A DNA stretch of 64,000 nt from positions 62,001 to 126,000 of the forward strand of contig NIVC01000717.1 in the NCBI GenBank assembly GCA_002269645.1, written 5' to 3'. The notes below the pieces were generated by a model. The model was not told the DNA's origin and searched no databases. It saw nothing but the letters and a program-made list of their open reading frames with translations. The position numbers were made by a program, and so were the translations under genes. The number at the start of each line of letters is the position of its first letter. Position 1 is the first letter of the stretch. This DNA is from Macrostomum lignano. Lineage: Eukaryota. Of the stretch, positions 24,086-35,033 are shown in pieces.

Positions 24086-25172
24086 TTTGCCAAGCGCGAT
24101 GCAATTTAAGCGTGGGCGGTAAAGTTCTAAAGTTCATTCAGAAACGCTAGCAAATGGTGCCCTCCGATCAACTTTCACGAGTCAGATGCATAACGATTAA
24201 ACTTTTTACTCTGCAGTAAATTGGATAAATTGTCCCCCGAATCGAAACCGGATGCACAGAAATTTGTTCCAACTCTTAATTGACCTTCCACAGAACAGCT
24301 TGATTACTTGATAGTTCGATATTTTAATGATCGATTGAGCTTATGCGAGGCGCATTATAACAGCTTAACAAGTAATGTGGCGCCAAAGGATTATTAAAAA
24401 AACTAGTGACCTCATTTCGTACGGAAAGTACCCCGCGACAACGCCTTCTCGGGGTCTGACTTGGCCCACACTTTCGAGTCGTTAGATATGTACATTGTGA
24501 GCCAAAAGAACGGAATAGAACCATGAGTCGTGGCGCAAAAATAAGACGCGCTAAACACTGAGCTGCTCCAGCAGCCCCTTCTAATATCTGCTGGTACTTT
24601 GACATCTTCATTCCATATTCTATGCTCGCCAAAAGGGCTTCCTTCACGACTGTAAGTCTACCAGAGCTGCAACAAACAATTCGATCCCAGATGTTTGTTG
24701 TCGGATCTCGAAATCTGAGTAACTCGTATTTCAAATTTTTTAGCAGATGTGACACTTCAAATGCGTCAAGGACAGACGGAGAAGCATAACTGAAGCAGCT
24801 CAGCCGGTTTGCATCCGGGAGAAGAAATGGGAAGCCTGCCATACCGGCTCTGCAGAATCAGTTTTCCCAAAAAATGGATTCCCCTCGCAGTGACGCTCTC
24901 AATCAGAATTGCCAATCTACCAGCGCAGGAATGAGTGGGAAGGCAATTCCAGGAAATCCGCAATAATGGTCGCCATTTATGAAAGGAATGGGAAAGTCCA
25001 AGGCTACTCATACAGCTCAACCAATGAGAACGCAGAGACGCCTCTTGGAGAGTTGGAATGCCATTTCTTCCCAAATATATGCAGAAGCAGTGCTCCCGGT
25101 TTCGTTGGCATTCCAGTCTACGCAGTGACAACTTCAAATTCATCAAGTCTAAACAGGCAACAGCCAGAGCAC

Positions 25173-26359
25173 ATGGCCTCAGAAGCAGAGATCGCCGACC
25201 TGCGCTGCTGGGCGGAGTCCCAGGAGACGCTGAAGGGCCTCAGCCTGCCTGACGAGGTGCTCGCCAAGTTCCTGGAGGTGGCCACCGCGGACGACAGCAG
25301 AGTCGAAGCAGCCAGACGCCGCCTCGCGGACTTCTGTCGAGTTCGAGCATCCAAGACCAAGGGCGCCGCTGACTGGTTCGAGTACCCGGATGTGAGCTCC
25401 GAGCCGATCCAGGAGCTCTTGTCTGTCGGCTACGTGGTGCAGCTGGGCTACGATGACAACGGAGCAGCCGTGGTGCTGTTCCGCAGCGGACTGTGGCAGC
25501 CCGACAGGGTCAGCTTTGAGGACATGTCCCGCTACATGAACATGTGCTACGATGTGCTGTGCGCTGATCCGGCAACCAGGACTGCCGGACTCGTCACCAT
25601 GGTGGACTTCCAGGTGAGCAGCTTGAGCTGATGAGGCTGGATGCGGTGCCTCAGAACTGAGACTCGCGTGTGTGAAGGTGGCAGCTGTGCTCAAGTGTGA
25701 CGGCTGTGCTCAAGTGTGACAGCTGTGCTCAAGTGTGACAGCTGTGCTCAAGTGTGACGGCTGTGCTCAAGTGTGACGGCTGTGCTCAAGTCTGAAAGTT
25801 GTGTTCAAATGTGACAGCTGTGCTCAAGTGTGACGGCTGTGCTCAAGTGTGTCATATGTACTCGACTGTGACAGCTTTGCTCGAATGACGTTTTACCTAG
25901 ACATAAGGACACCTTAAAAAATGCTTCAAAGTTGAGCTGCATGCATATGATACAGATCGATCGTTCTTCTCTTACACCGCGCAGGGTTTTGAGATGCGAC
26001 ATTTAAGCTACTGGAGCAGGGACGCGACCAAGAAGCTGTCGGCTATTCAGGACGCCTATCCAGTGAAGCTGAAACATGTCAACTATTTCAACACATCCAC
26101 TGTGTTCAACGCACTGTACGAACTGCTCAAGATGTTCATGAGCAAGTCGGTCAAGGAGCTGGTCCGAGTTCACAAGAGCTCGAAAGAGTCGCTGCAGTCG
26201 GAGATCCCGGCCAGGATTTTACCTGCCGAGTATGGAGGAACCGGCGCCGACATCAAGCAGCTGGCGGAGCAGTGGCGGTCCAAGATCGAGCTGCAGCTGC
26301 CCTCGGAGGCTGCCAAGTACGCTGGAGTTGTGTACAACGACACAGCCGATGCCGAATAA
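25173..26359 (+). CDS. CRAL-TRIO lipid-binding protein, copy B, 2 exons (25173-25613, 25985-26359), 271 aa
   Basis: Inverted paralogue of copy A; donor CAG|GTGAGC, acceptor CGCAG|GGT; exon 1 protein identical to copy A. Confidence 0.9.
25681..25890. repeat. 19-bp intronic minisatellite (GCTGTGCTCAAGTGTGACR) x~9-10
   Basis: Tandem array in the intron of copy B only. Confidence 0.9.
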
Positions 26360-27879
26360 GAAGATGCAACCAACAGTGAAGACAATCAAGAGCAGAGCAA
26401 ATTCATCATTATAATATTTCCTATATGCTTCTATTTAAGCTTGAAAACTGACACCCTTAGCAAAGTATTAAAATCAAACTTTAATAAAATTGCAGGATAT
26501 TCTAACTGTCACTAAGAAGTTTTAACAATATAGAATGTTATAACTAGCTTAATAGTGCTAATTGCTAAGCTTAATAACTAAAACTAATTTTACTGAAATA
26601 AATAAGAAACCCTAACGAGTATTCACTCAAACATTTTATCAACCAAAGAGCTTCCAGGCAAAAAATAAGTACCATGTATGTATTTACTGCTATCAAATTT
26701 CCTTCGCTAACTTGGTCACACCAAAATTTAACAATACGATTAAAAATTAATAAACACAAGCTAAAAGAAGCGCAAAAATAATGATTTATTAATTGCGCCA
26801 ACAGCTCTGCAACATAGTGCGAATTTAAACAAACAGATGGATGGAGGCAATAATGCAATTATAGTAACAACAAAAAAACCAATAAAAGTCTTAACTTTAA
26901 CAAAACTTTTTAGTTTCCTTCTGTCGCAATAATTAGATGCTACTAACATACTACTTATAGTAGCACGAATACATGGCAAAATGTTTTTTTGCGATTTTAA
27001 TTTTACGCGTAGTTTATTTAACGACGCTTCCAAATATTTCTACTAGAAGTAGCGCACCAAACGCATTATCCTGTTTTTCTATTACAAGCTGCCGAATTCG
27101 GCAAACCAGTCCATATGAATTAATGGCTAGGAACAATTTTATTAAACAAAGCACTTCTATAAGTTCGTGTAAAGCCACAACAGCAAGGCAACTTGGGTAA
27201 CTCGGTAATTCCGAGTCCTTTAGTACAAAATAAATTTATGATTATTAATTAATATTCACTAATCCAAATATCCCTGCCTCTAATAATAATAATAATAATC
27301 CAAATATGCCAGGCACTGTAAGACTGACACATGACAAAAAAACATTCGAACATGAGAAGAAAAAATCTGCTTCACTTGTGCATACTAAATTGTAATAATA
27401 ATATAATAAAAATAAAAATAATAATTAATAATTATTTAATATCCTAAGTAACTGACATTGAAAAGCCAATACAATGTCTAACAGTAATTATATGCAATAT
27501 TTTATTTTAATAATCTATTAACTACTAAATTAGCCACCCTAAAAGTATAGAAGAAATGACCAATGAATTAAGCATAATAAAGGTATTACACAGTGATACA
27601 ATAGGTGAGGAATAGAAAAGAGATATAAAAAGCGATAGACAGAGAGAGATAGAAATAATGTAAAATGTTAATATAGAAATAGAATGAAGAAAATTAGGAA
27701 GATAAGAGACGATCGATGGACAAATAAAGAAAGAAAAAGGATATAGAATAGATGTCCTATAGGGATAACGCATAAAAAACATAGAAACAGACGATTAAGA
27801 CACTACTAATAGTAGCTAGGAGATATCAGAAGAGACGTACACACACAAAATGCCAATTAGTTTTTTTAATCTAAAAGAG

Positions 27880-27937
27880 AGACAGACAGACAGCACTAAA
27901 AGAGAGACAGACAGACAGACAGACAGACAGCACTAAA

Positions 27938-27998
<61 letters not shown>

Positions 27999-28186
27999 GC
28001 ACTAAAAGAGAGACAGACAGAAAGACAGACAGACAGACAGATAGACAGACAGACAGACGGACAGACAGACAGCACTAAAAGAGAGACAGACAGACAGACA
28101 GACAGACAGCACTAAAAGAGAGACAGACAGACAGACAGACAGACAGCACTAAAAGAGAGACAGACAGACAGACAGACAGCACTAAA

Positions 28187-28235
<49 letters not shown>

Positions 28236-28324
28236 GCACTAAAAGAGAGACAGACAGAAAGACAGACAGACAGACGACAGACAGACAGACAGAAAGACAG
28301 ACACACAGACAGATAGACAGACAG

Positions 28325-28358
<34 letters not shown>

Positions 28359-28396
28359 AGCACTAAAAGAGAGACAGACAGACGACAGACAGACAC

Positions 28397-28431
<35 letters not shown>

Positions 28432-28552
28432 GCACTAAAAGAGAGACAGAAAGACAGACAGACAGACAGACGACAGACAGACACACAGACAGACAGACAG
28501 AAAGACAGACACACAGACAGATAGACAGACAGACAGACGGACAGACAGACCG
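27880..28552. repeat. Compound (GACA)n microsatellite with recurrent GCACTAAAAGAGA interruptions
   Basis: Read directly; lies just downstream of the TOM70 stop codon. Confidence 0.95.
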
Positions 28553-28671
28553 ACAGTGTAAAAGTCAGAAAAGACGCCTCACACAGTATAATGAATGTAT
28601 AATTAGACATTATAAAATTCAGAATAATTTTGCTAGCATCGTGTTGAGCAGACAATCAGGGCTGGAAAATG

Positions 28672-31600
28672 TCAGAAGGCCTGGTGCATGCCGGCAGCCA
28701 ATGAAGGCATTCGCAGGCCCATATCTCGGGCCAGTTGCAGTTGCACATCGGCAGCCTCCCGCAGCGCCCACAGGTGAGCCAACTCAGCCTCAGTCTTAGT
28801 CAGAGCGATAGCCCGATCAAACAGGCCGATGGCGGCGTCCAAGTTGCCACGCTGGACTTCGATAGTGGCCAAAGTTTCTAGGGCGAATTCACAGCGAGGT
28901 TCCACTTCTAGGGCGCGTTGGATTAGGGCTACACCGCCTTCGGTGTCGTTGTGAGCCTGCAGTCTCAGCAGGCCCTGGTGTACGTACGCTGTGCCCGAAT
29001 CTGGCTCGAGCTGTGATTATGGGGAAGCATGGAGCAGTCAGATGCTTCAACAATGCTCAGTTCTTGCTGAAACTCATGAGCACGCTCACACAAGGTGTAC
29101 AACAGCCCTGATACAGAGACTCTGCCTTAGGGAGGCCGACCCAGCAACTGGGGATCTATCTGGGAGGCTGGTGACCCAGCAACTGGGGATCTATCTGGGA
29201 GGCTGGTGACCCAGCAACTGGGGATCTATCTGGGAGGCTGGTGACCCAGCAACTGAGGATCTGGGAGGCTGGTGACCCAGCAACTGAGGATCTGGGAGGC
29301 TGGTGACCCAGCAACTGGGGATCTATCTGGGAGGCTGGTGACCCAGCAACTGGGCATCTATCTGGGAGGCTGGTGACCCAGCAACAGAGGATATGGGAGG
29401 CTGGTGAACCAGCAACTGAGGATCTGGGAGTCTGGTGACCCAGCAACTGGGGATTTGGGAGTCTGGTTACCCAGCAACTGAGGAATTTGGGAGTCTGGTG
29501 ACCCAGCTGTCCCAGCAACTGGGGATTTGGGAGTCTGGTGACCCAGCAAACTGGAGATCTATCTGGGAGACTGTTGACCCAGCAACTGTGGATCTGGAAG
29601 GCTGGTGACCCAGCAACTGGGGATTTGGGAGTCTGGTGACCCAGAAACTAGGGATTTGGGAGTCTGGTGACCCAGCAACTGGGGATTTGGGAGTCTGGTG
29701 ACCCAGCAACTGAGAATCTGGGAGGCTGGTGACCCAGCAACTGGGGATCTGGGAGTCTGGTGACCCAGCAACTGGGGATTGGGAGTCTGGTGACCCAGCA
29801 ACTGGTGATCTGGGAGACTGGTGACCCAGCAACTGGTGATCTGGGAGACTGGTGACCCAGCAACTGGGGATCTGGGAGGCTGGTGACCCAGTAACTGAGG
29901 ATCTGGGAGGCTGATGAGCCAGCAACTGGGGATCTGGGAGGCTGGTGACCCAGCAACTGTGGATCTGGGACACAGTGTATAAAACGGCCCTGATACAGCC
30001 ACTCTGCCTCAGGGAGGCCGGCCCTCATGGCTGTGAATTTCACGAAAAACAGGCCAGTCGGTAAGAGTCGGTACAAACCTCAGTAACCCGTTTAAACGCT
30101 TTCTCCGCCTCGTCAAACTGTTGCGTCTCTAGCAGGGCCTGGGCGTAGAGCGAATGCGCTTCACCGCAACGGCGATGCTTCTCGGTTAAACGGCGAAGCT
30201 GGTCGAGTGCGTTGGCGCCCGACCCGGTTCGGTGGGAGGCGTAGGCGCGCTGCACCGCGGGAATTGGATTGGCTGGGGCACCCTGCGGCGAGTTTTTAGG
30301 GAAGAATTTTTAGTATGTATGATTTTTTGGTAAAGTGCAAGGATTCATATATTGGGAAATCGGGATGTAAAATGGGGATTTCGATAATGGGGAATGGGGA
30401 TCTAAACGCGGATTCCGATGGTGGAGAATGGGGTTTCTAGCAAGGTCTAGCGAGAGTTCCAAGCTTATTGTTGCACTTTTTATGATCTGTCGGCTGTCTG
30501 CTTTCTGGCAATGTTTTGTTTAAATGCGGATTTTGATGGTGGAGAATGGGGACATTCTAAAATGCGGATTTCGATGGTGGAGAATAGGGATCTAGAATGG
30601 GGACTTCGATGGTGGGTGGAGAATAGGGATCTAAAATGGGGACTTCGATGGTGGAGAATAGGGATCTAAAATGGGGACTTCGATGGTGGAGAATAGGGAT
30701 CTAAAATGGGGACTTCGATGGTGAAGAATGGGGATCTAAAATGGGGACTTCGATGGTGAAGAATGGGGATCTAAAATGGGGATTTCGATGGTGGAGAATA
30801 GGGATCTAAAATGGGGACTTCGATGGTGAAGAATGGGGATCTAAAATGGGGACTTCGATGGTGAAGAATGGGGATCTAAAATGGGGATTTCGATGGTGGA
30901 GAATAGGGATCTAAAATGGGGACTTCGATGGTGAAGAATGGGGATCTAAAATGGGGACTTCGATGGTGAAGAATGGGGATCTAAAATGGGGACTTCGATG
31001 GTGGAGAATAGGGATTTAAAATGGGGATTTCGATGGTGGAGAGTGGGGATCTAAAATGGGGATTTTGATGGTGGGGAAGGGGGATCTAAAAAGGGGACTT
31101 CGATGGTGGGGAATCGGGATCTCTAAAATGGGGATTTCGATGGTGGGGAATCGGCAGTTGAAGAGGCGAGCCTAATATTCAAAGAAGGAAAAAAAACTTA
31201 AACAGTCAAATACAAACTAACCTCGCAAGCTTTAGTAAGATGCACCAAAGCTTCGTCCAGCCGGTCGGTGAGCAGCAGCATCTGGCCCCGATGATGATGA
31301 GCGTCAGGATGATCCGGGCACAGCTGCAGCGCTCGATCGAAATGGCCCAGCACGCTATCAGTTAGCACATCAGTTTGGCCTGGCATCGCCGCCTGCATAG
31401 CAAGGGACGCCAGCTTAATGAGAGCGTTGGCCCTGACGGACCGGTCAACGTCATTGGAGTTGGCCAGGCTCTTCAACGTGGGCTCGGCTGACAGGGGCTG
31501 GCCGGACAGCAGCTGCAGGGTGGCCAGAAGCAGGCGGCAGAGATCTCTGCGATACGGAGTGAGATAGGATTTCTTCTCGGCTGCCTGTTGTTCCTGTTGC

Positions 31601-34600
31601 TGCTCCTGCGGCTGCGGCTCGTCACCGGATTCACCTGCAGCTTGGCTTGCCTCGGCTGATGCTGTTGACGAGGGCGTCTGCGCGGAGCCTGCGATGGAAA
31701 TAATGGTTAATATGGTGACCCAGCAACTGGGGATCTGAGAGGCTGGTGACCCAGCAACTGGGGATCTGAGAGGCTGGTGACCCAGCAACTTGGGATCTGA
31801 GAGGCTGGTGACCCAGCAACTGGGGATCTGAGAGGCTGATGACCCAGCAACTGGGGATCCGGGAGGCTGGTGACCCAGCAACTAAGGATCTGGGAGGCTG
31901 ATGACCCAGCAACTGGGGATCCGGGAAGCTGATGACCCAGCAACTGGGGATCCGGGAGGCTGATGACCCAGCAACTGGGGATCCGGGAGGCTGATGACCC
32001 AGCAACTGGGGATCCGGGAGGCTGATGACCCAGCAACTGGGGATCCGGGAGGCTGATGACCCAGCTACTGGGGATCCGGGAGGCTGATGACCCAGCTACT
32101 GGGGATCCGGGAGGCTGGTGACCCAGCAACTGGGGATCCGGGAGGCTGATGACCCAGCTACTGGGGATCTGGGAAGCTGATGACCCAGCAACTGGGGATC
32201 CGGGAGGCTGATGACCCAGCAACTGGGGATCCGGGAGGCTGATGACCCAGCTACTGGGGATCTGGGAAGCTGATGACCCAGCAACTGGGGATTCGGGAGG
32301 CTGATGACCCAGCAACTGGGGATCCGGGAGGCTGGTGACCCAGCAACTGGGGATCCGGGAGGCTGATGACCCAGCTACTGGGGATCTGGGAAGCTGATGA
32401 CCCAGCAACTGGGGATCCGGGAGGCTGATGACCCAGCTACTGGGGATCTGGGAAGCTGATGACCCAGCAACTGGGGATTCGGGAGGCTGATGACCCAGCA
32501 ACTGGGGATCCGGGAGGCTGATGACCCAGCAACTGGGGATCTGTGAGGCTGGCCCAGCAACTGAAGATCTGGAAGAGAATCTGTGCGAACATGTAAAAAT
32601 CAGATTGCTAAGAATTAGCGGCACTAATTACAGCCTCAGCAACCGTACCGTTAGAGTGCACCGGAGCTTTCAACGCCTCCTCGCACAGGCCAATCAGCTG
32701 ATCGAATTTGTCATCGCTCAGAGCCTGCAGAGCGGCACTGAACGGGTCGGAGCCGATGGGCTCTCGCTGCACAGGGTCCTCGGAGAACGACATGAAAAAA
32801 GAGCGCAGAAACGCCTTGCTAGGCAACGAGGGAACAATGCGACTGGCGGATTCTTTAGCTAATTGACGACCGCGACTTTTTAGAACCTGAAATATAGATG
32901 GAAGGTGAGACCCCACATGGGTGAGGTTAGGAAAGGTCGAAAGTTCATATTTCAGTATTAAGGTCACAGGGTCAAAGGTCATAAACACACACTAAGGCCA
33001 AGGTTACAGGGTCAAAGGTCATAAACCCACACTAAGGCCAAGGTCACAGGGTCAAAGGTTATAAACAGACACACTAAGGCCAAGGTCACAGGGTCAAAGG
33101 TTATAAACATACGCTAAGACCAAGGTCATAGGGTCAAAGGTTATAAACACACACTAAGACCAAGGTCACAGGGTCAAAGGTTATAAACAGACACACTAAG
33201 GCCAAGGTCACAGGGTCAAAGGTTATAAACACACACTAAGGCCAAGGTCACAGGGTCAAAGGTTATAAACACACCCTAAGGCCAAGATCACAGGGTCAAA
33301 GGTTACCTGCTCAGCCCTGGTCAAGCTGTCCGAGTTGCTAAAGCTCTCCAGAATGCACACAGCGGTAATATCAACCAAAGCTCCGCGAAGTTCGCCTAAG
33401 CGTTCACGAACTTTAGCCCTACGAGCCAGAGCTTTAGTGTAGCGAGGACTGTGCTCCAGGGCGCTAGTGCAATCCCGCTCGACATCGTCCCATTTGCCCA
33501 GCGACTCCAGGGCCGCGGCGCGATTCTGATAGAATGTTGACAGGGTGTCGGATTGGTCTGGCGGGCACAGATCGATAGCTTCAGAGTAGCATTCGATTGC
33601 TTTGTCGTAGCGACCGCCTCGATAGTATTTATTGCCGCGCTCTTTCACCTGCAGTGCGGCTTCTAGCGGAGTTGCTGGCTGCTGCTGCTGTTGCTGCGGC
33701 TGTTGCTGCGATGGCGGCGGAGACGCTTCTTGAGAAGATTGTCCTGTCGATTCTTCGACGCTCTGGTTCAGGACAAGAAAGGTCAAGAGAGCTTGACTGC
33801 TAAGGGTCAAGTTAGGTCACATACTGAATTTTTAAGGGTCAAGTAAGGTCACATACTGAATTTTTAAAGGTCAAGTAAGGTCACATACTGAATTTTTAAA
33901 GGTCAAGTAAGGTCACATACTGAATTTTTAAGGGTCAAGTAAGGTCACATACTGAATTTTTAAGGGTCAAGTAAGGTCACATACTGAATTTTTAAGGGTC
34001 AAGTAAGGTCACATACTGAATTTTTAAGGGTCAAGTAAGGTCACATACTGAAGTTTTAAGGGTCAAGTCAGGTCACATACTGAATTTTTAAGGGTCAAGT
34101 AAGGTCACATACTGAATTTTTAAGGGTCAAGTAAGGTCACATACTGAATTTTTAAGGGTCAAGTAAGGTCACATACTGAATTTTTAAAGGTCAAGTAAGG
34201 TCACATACTGAATTTTTAAAGGTCAAGTAAGGTCACATACTGAATTTTTAAGGGTCAAGTAAGGTCACATACTGAAGTTTTAAGGGTCAAGTAAGGTCAC
34301 ATACTGAATTTTTAAGGGTCAAGTAAGGTCACATACTGAATTTTTAAGGGTCAAGTAAGGTCACATACTGAATTTTTAAGGGTCAAGTCAGGTCACATAC
34401 TGAATTTTTAAGGGTCAAGTAAGGTCACATACTGAATTTTTAAGGGTCAAGTAAGGTCACATACTGAATTTTTAAGGGTCAAGTAAGGTCACATACTGAA
34501 TTTTTAAGGGTCAAGTAAGGTCACATACTGAATTTTTAAGGGTCAAGTCAGGTCACTAACTTGAACGATATAATGATATCAAGTAAGGTGGGTGATACAG

Positions 34601-35033
34601 GGTCAAACCAGGTGACGAATAAGGTCAAGTCAGGTCACGAAATGGATGATAAAGGCTAATACAGGTAAAAAAACGAATTCATGATATTAAATCAACTAAA
34701 CCATTAAGGGTCAAATTAAGTCATAGGCTCACAACTTAGTGTCATGGTTTCAAATCATATTATATAACATCAATTGAAACTGTTGTTACGCTTGTATTAA
34801 GCTAAATACTTGTAAAAGCCAATATTTGACTCAGGATAAATTTACAGTTTCACTGCATCAAGACTAACCTTTTTCTTTTCCCCCTTTTCAGCATTCTGAG
34901 AGCGCCGATGGTAGAAATAGTAATAAGCCACTCCAAGGCCAAGCCCGGCTACTGGCACAGACACCAACGCAATGGTCTTCCAGTCCCATTTGCTGGAGTT
35001 GGATGCTGTACCACCGCCCATTCTGAAATCCAT
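28672..35033 (-). CDS. TOMM70: Mitochondrial import receptor TOM70, 6 exons (35033-34869, 33762-33307, 32886-32649, 31688-31222, 30282-30079, 29010-28672), about 622 aa
   Basis: N-terminal TM anchor followed by basic residues; TPR clamp KERGNKYYRGGRYDKAIECYSEAI..FYQNRAAA..RYTKALARRAK; C-terminus LEPDSGTAYVHQGLL..CEFALETLATIEVQRGN..ELAHL matches metazoan TOM70. All five introns are GT-AG and phases are consistent. Confidence 0.95.
29131..29970. repeat. TOM70 intron 5 minisatellite, 31-bp unit GACCCAGCAACTGGGGATCTGGGAGGCTGGT (some 35-bp variants)
   Basis: About 26 tandem copies; same family as intron 3. Confidence 0.95.
30380..31150. repeat. TOM70 intron 4 minisatellite, 35-bp unit GGGATCTAAAATGGGGACTTCGATGGTGGAGAATA
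   Basis: Homogeneous core at 30590-31010 with degenerate edges. Confidence 0.95.
31714..32575. repeat. TOM70 intron 3 minisatellite, 31-bp unit GACCCAGCAACTGGGGATCCGGGAGGCTGAT
   Basis: About 27 tandem copies filling almost the whole intron. Confidence 0.95.
32958..33305. repeat. TOM70 intron 2 minisatellite, ~40-bp unit AAGGTCACAGGGTCAAAGGTTATAAACACACACTAAGGCC
   Basis: About 9 copies; the array runs into the splice donor (GTAACCTTTGACCC). Confidence 0.95.
33803..34558. repeat. TOM70 intron 1 minisatellite, 32-bp unit GGGTCAAGTAAGGTCACATACTGAATTTTTAA
   Basis: About 23 nearly identical copies; degenerate copies continue to about 34730. Confidence 0.95.

Noticed and set aside
24324-25146. 172-aa minus-strand ORF and a TGA-punctuated upstream frame suggesting selenocysteine or an alternative code
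   Set aside because: No recognisable domain or SECIS; all neighbouring genes use the standard code with TGA as stop.
31830-32540. Hammerhead ribozyme half-core CTGATGA followed by a CCCAG/CTGGG stem in the intron 3 satellite
   Set aside because: The stem is followed by GATC/GATT rather than GAAA, no stem I or III partner exists on that strand, and the match is antisense to the gene.
29156-32624. Long ORFs with repeated GHQPPRSPVAGS / SCWVTSLPDPQ peptides
   Set aside because: Translations of stop-free intronic minisatellites; TOM70 exons splice cleanly around them.
29131-34558. CRISPR-like appearance of regularly spaced 31-40-bp repeats
   Set aside because: Units are head-to-tail with no unique spacers, no cas genes, and they lie in spliceosomal introns.
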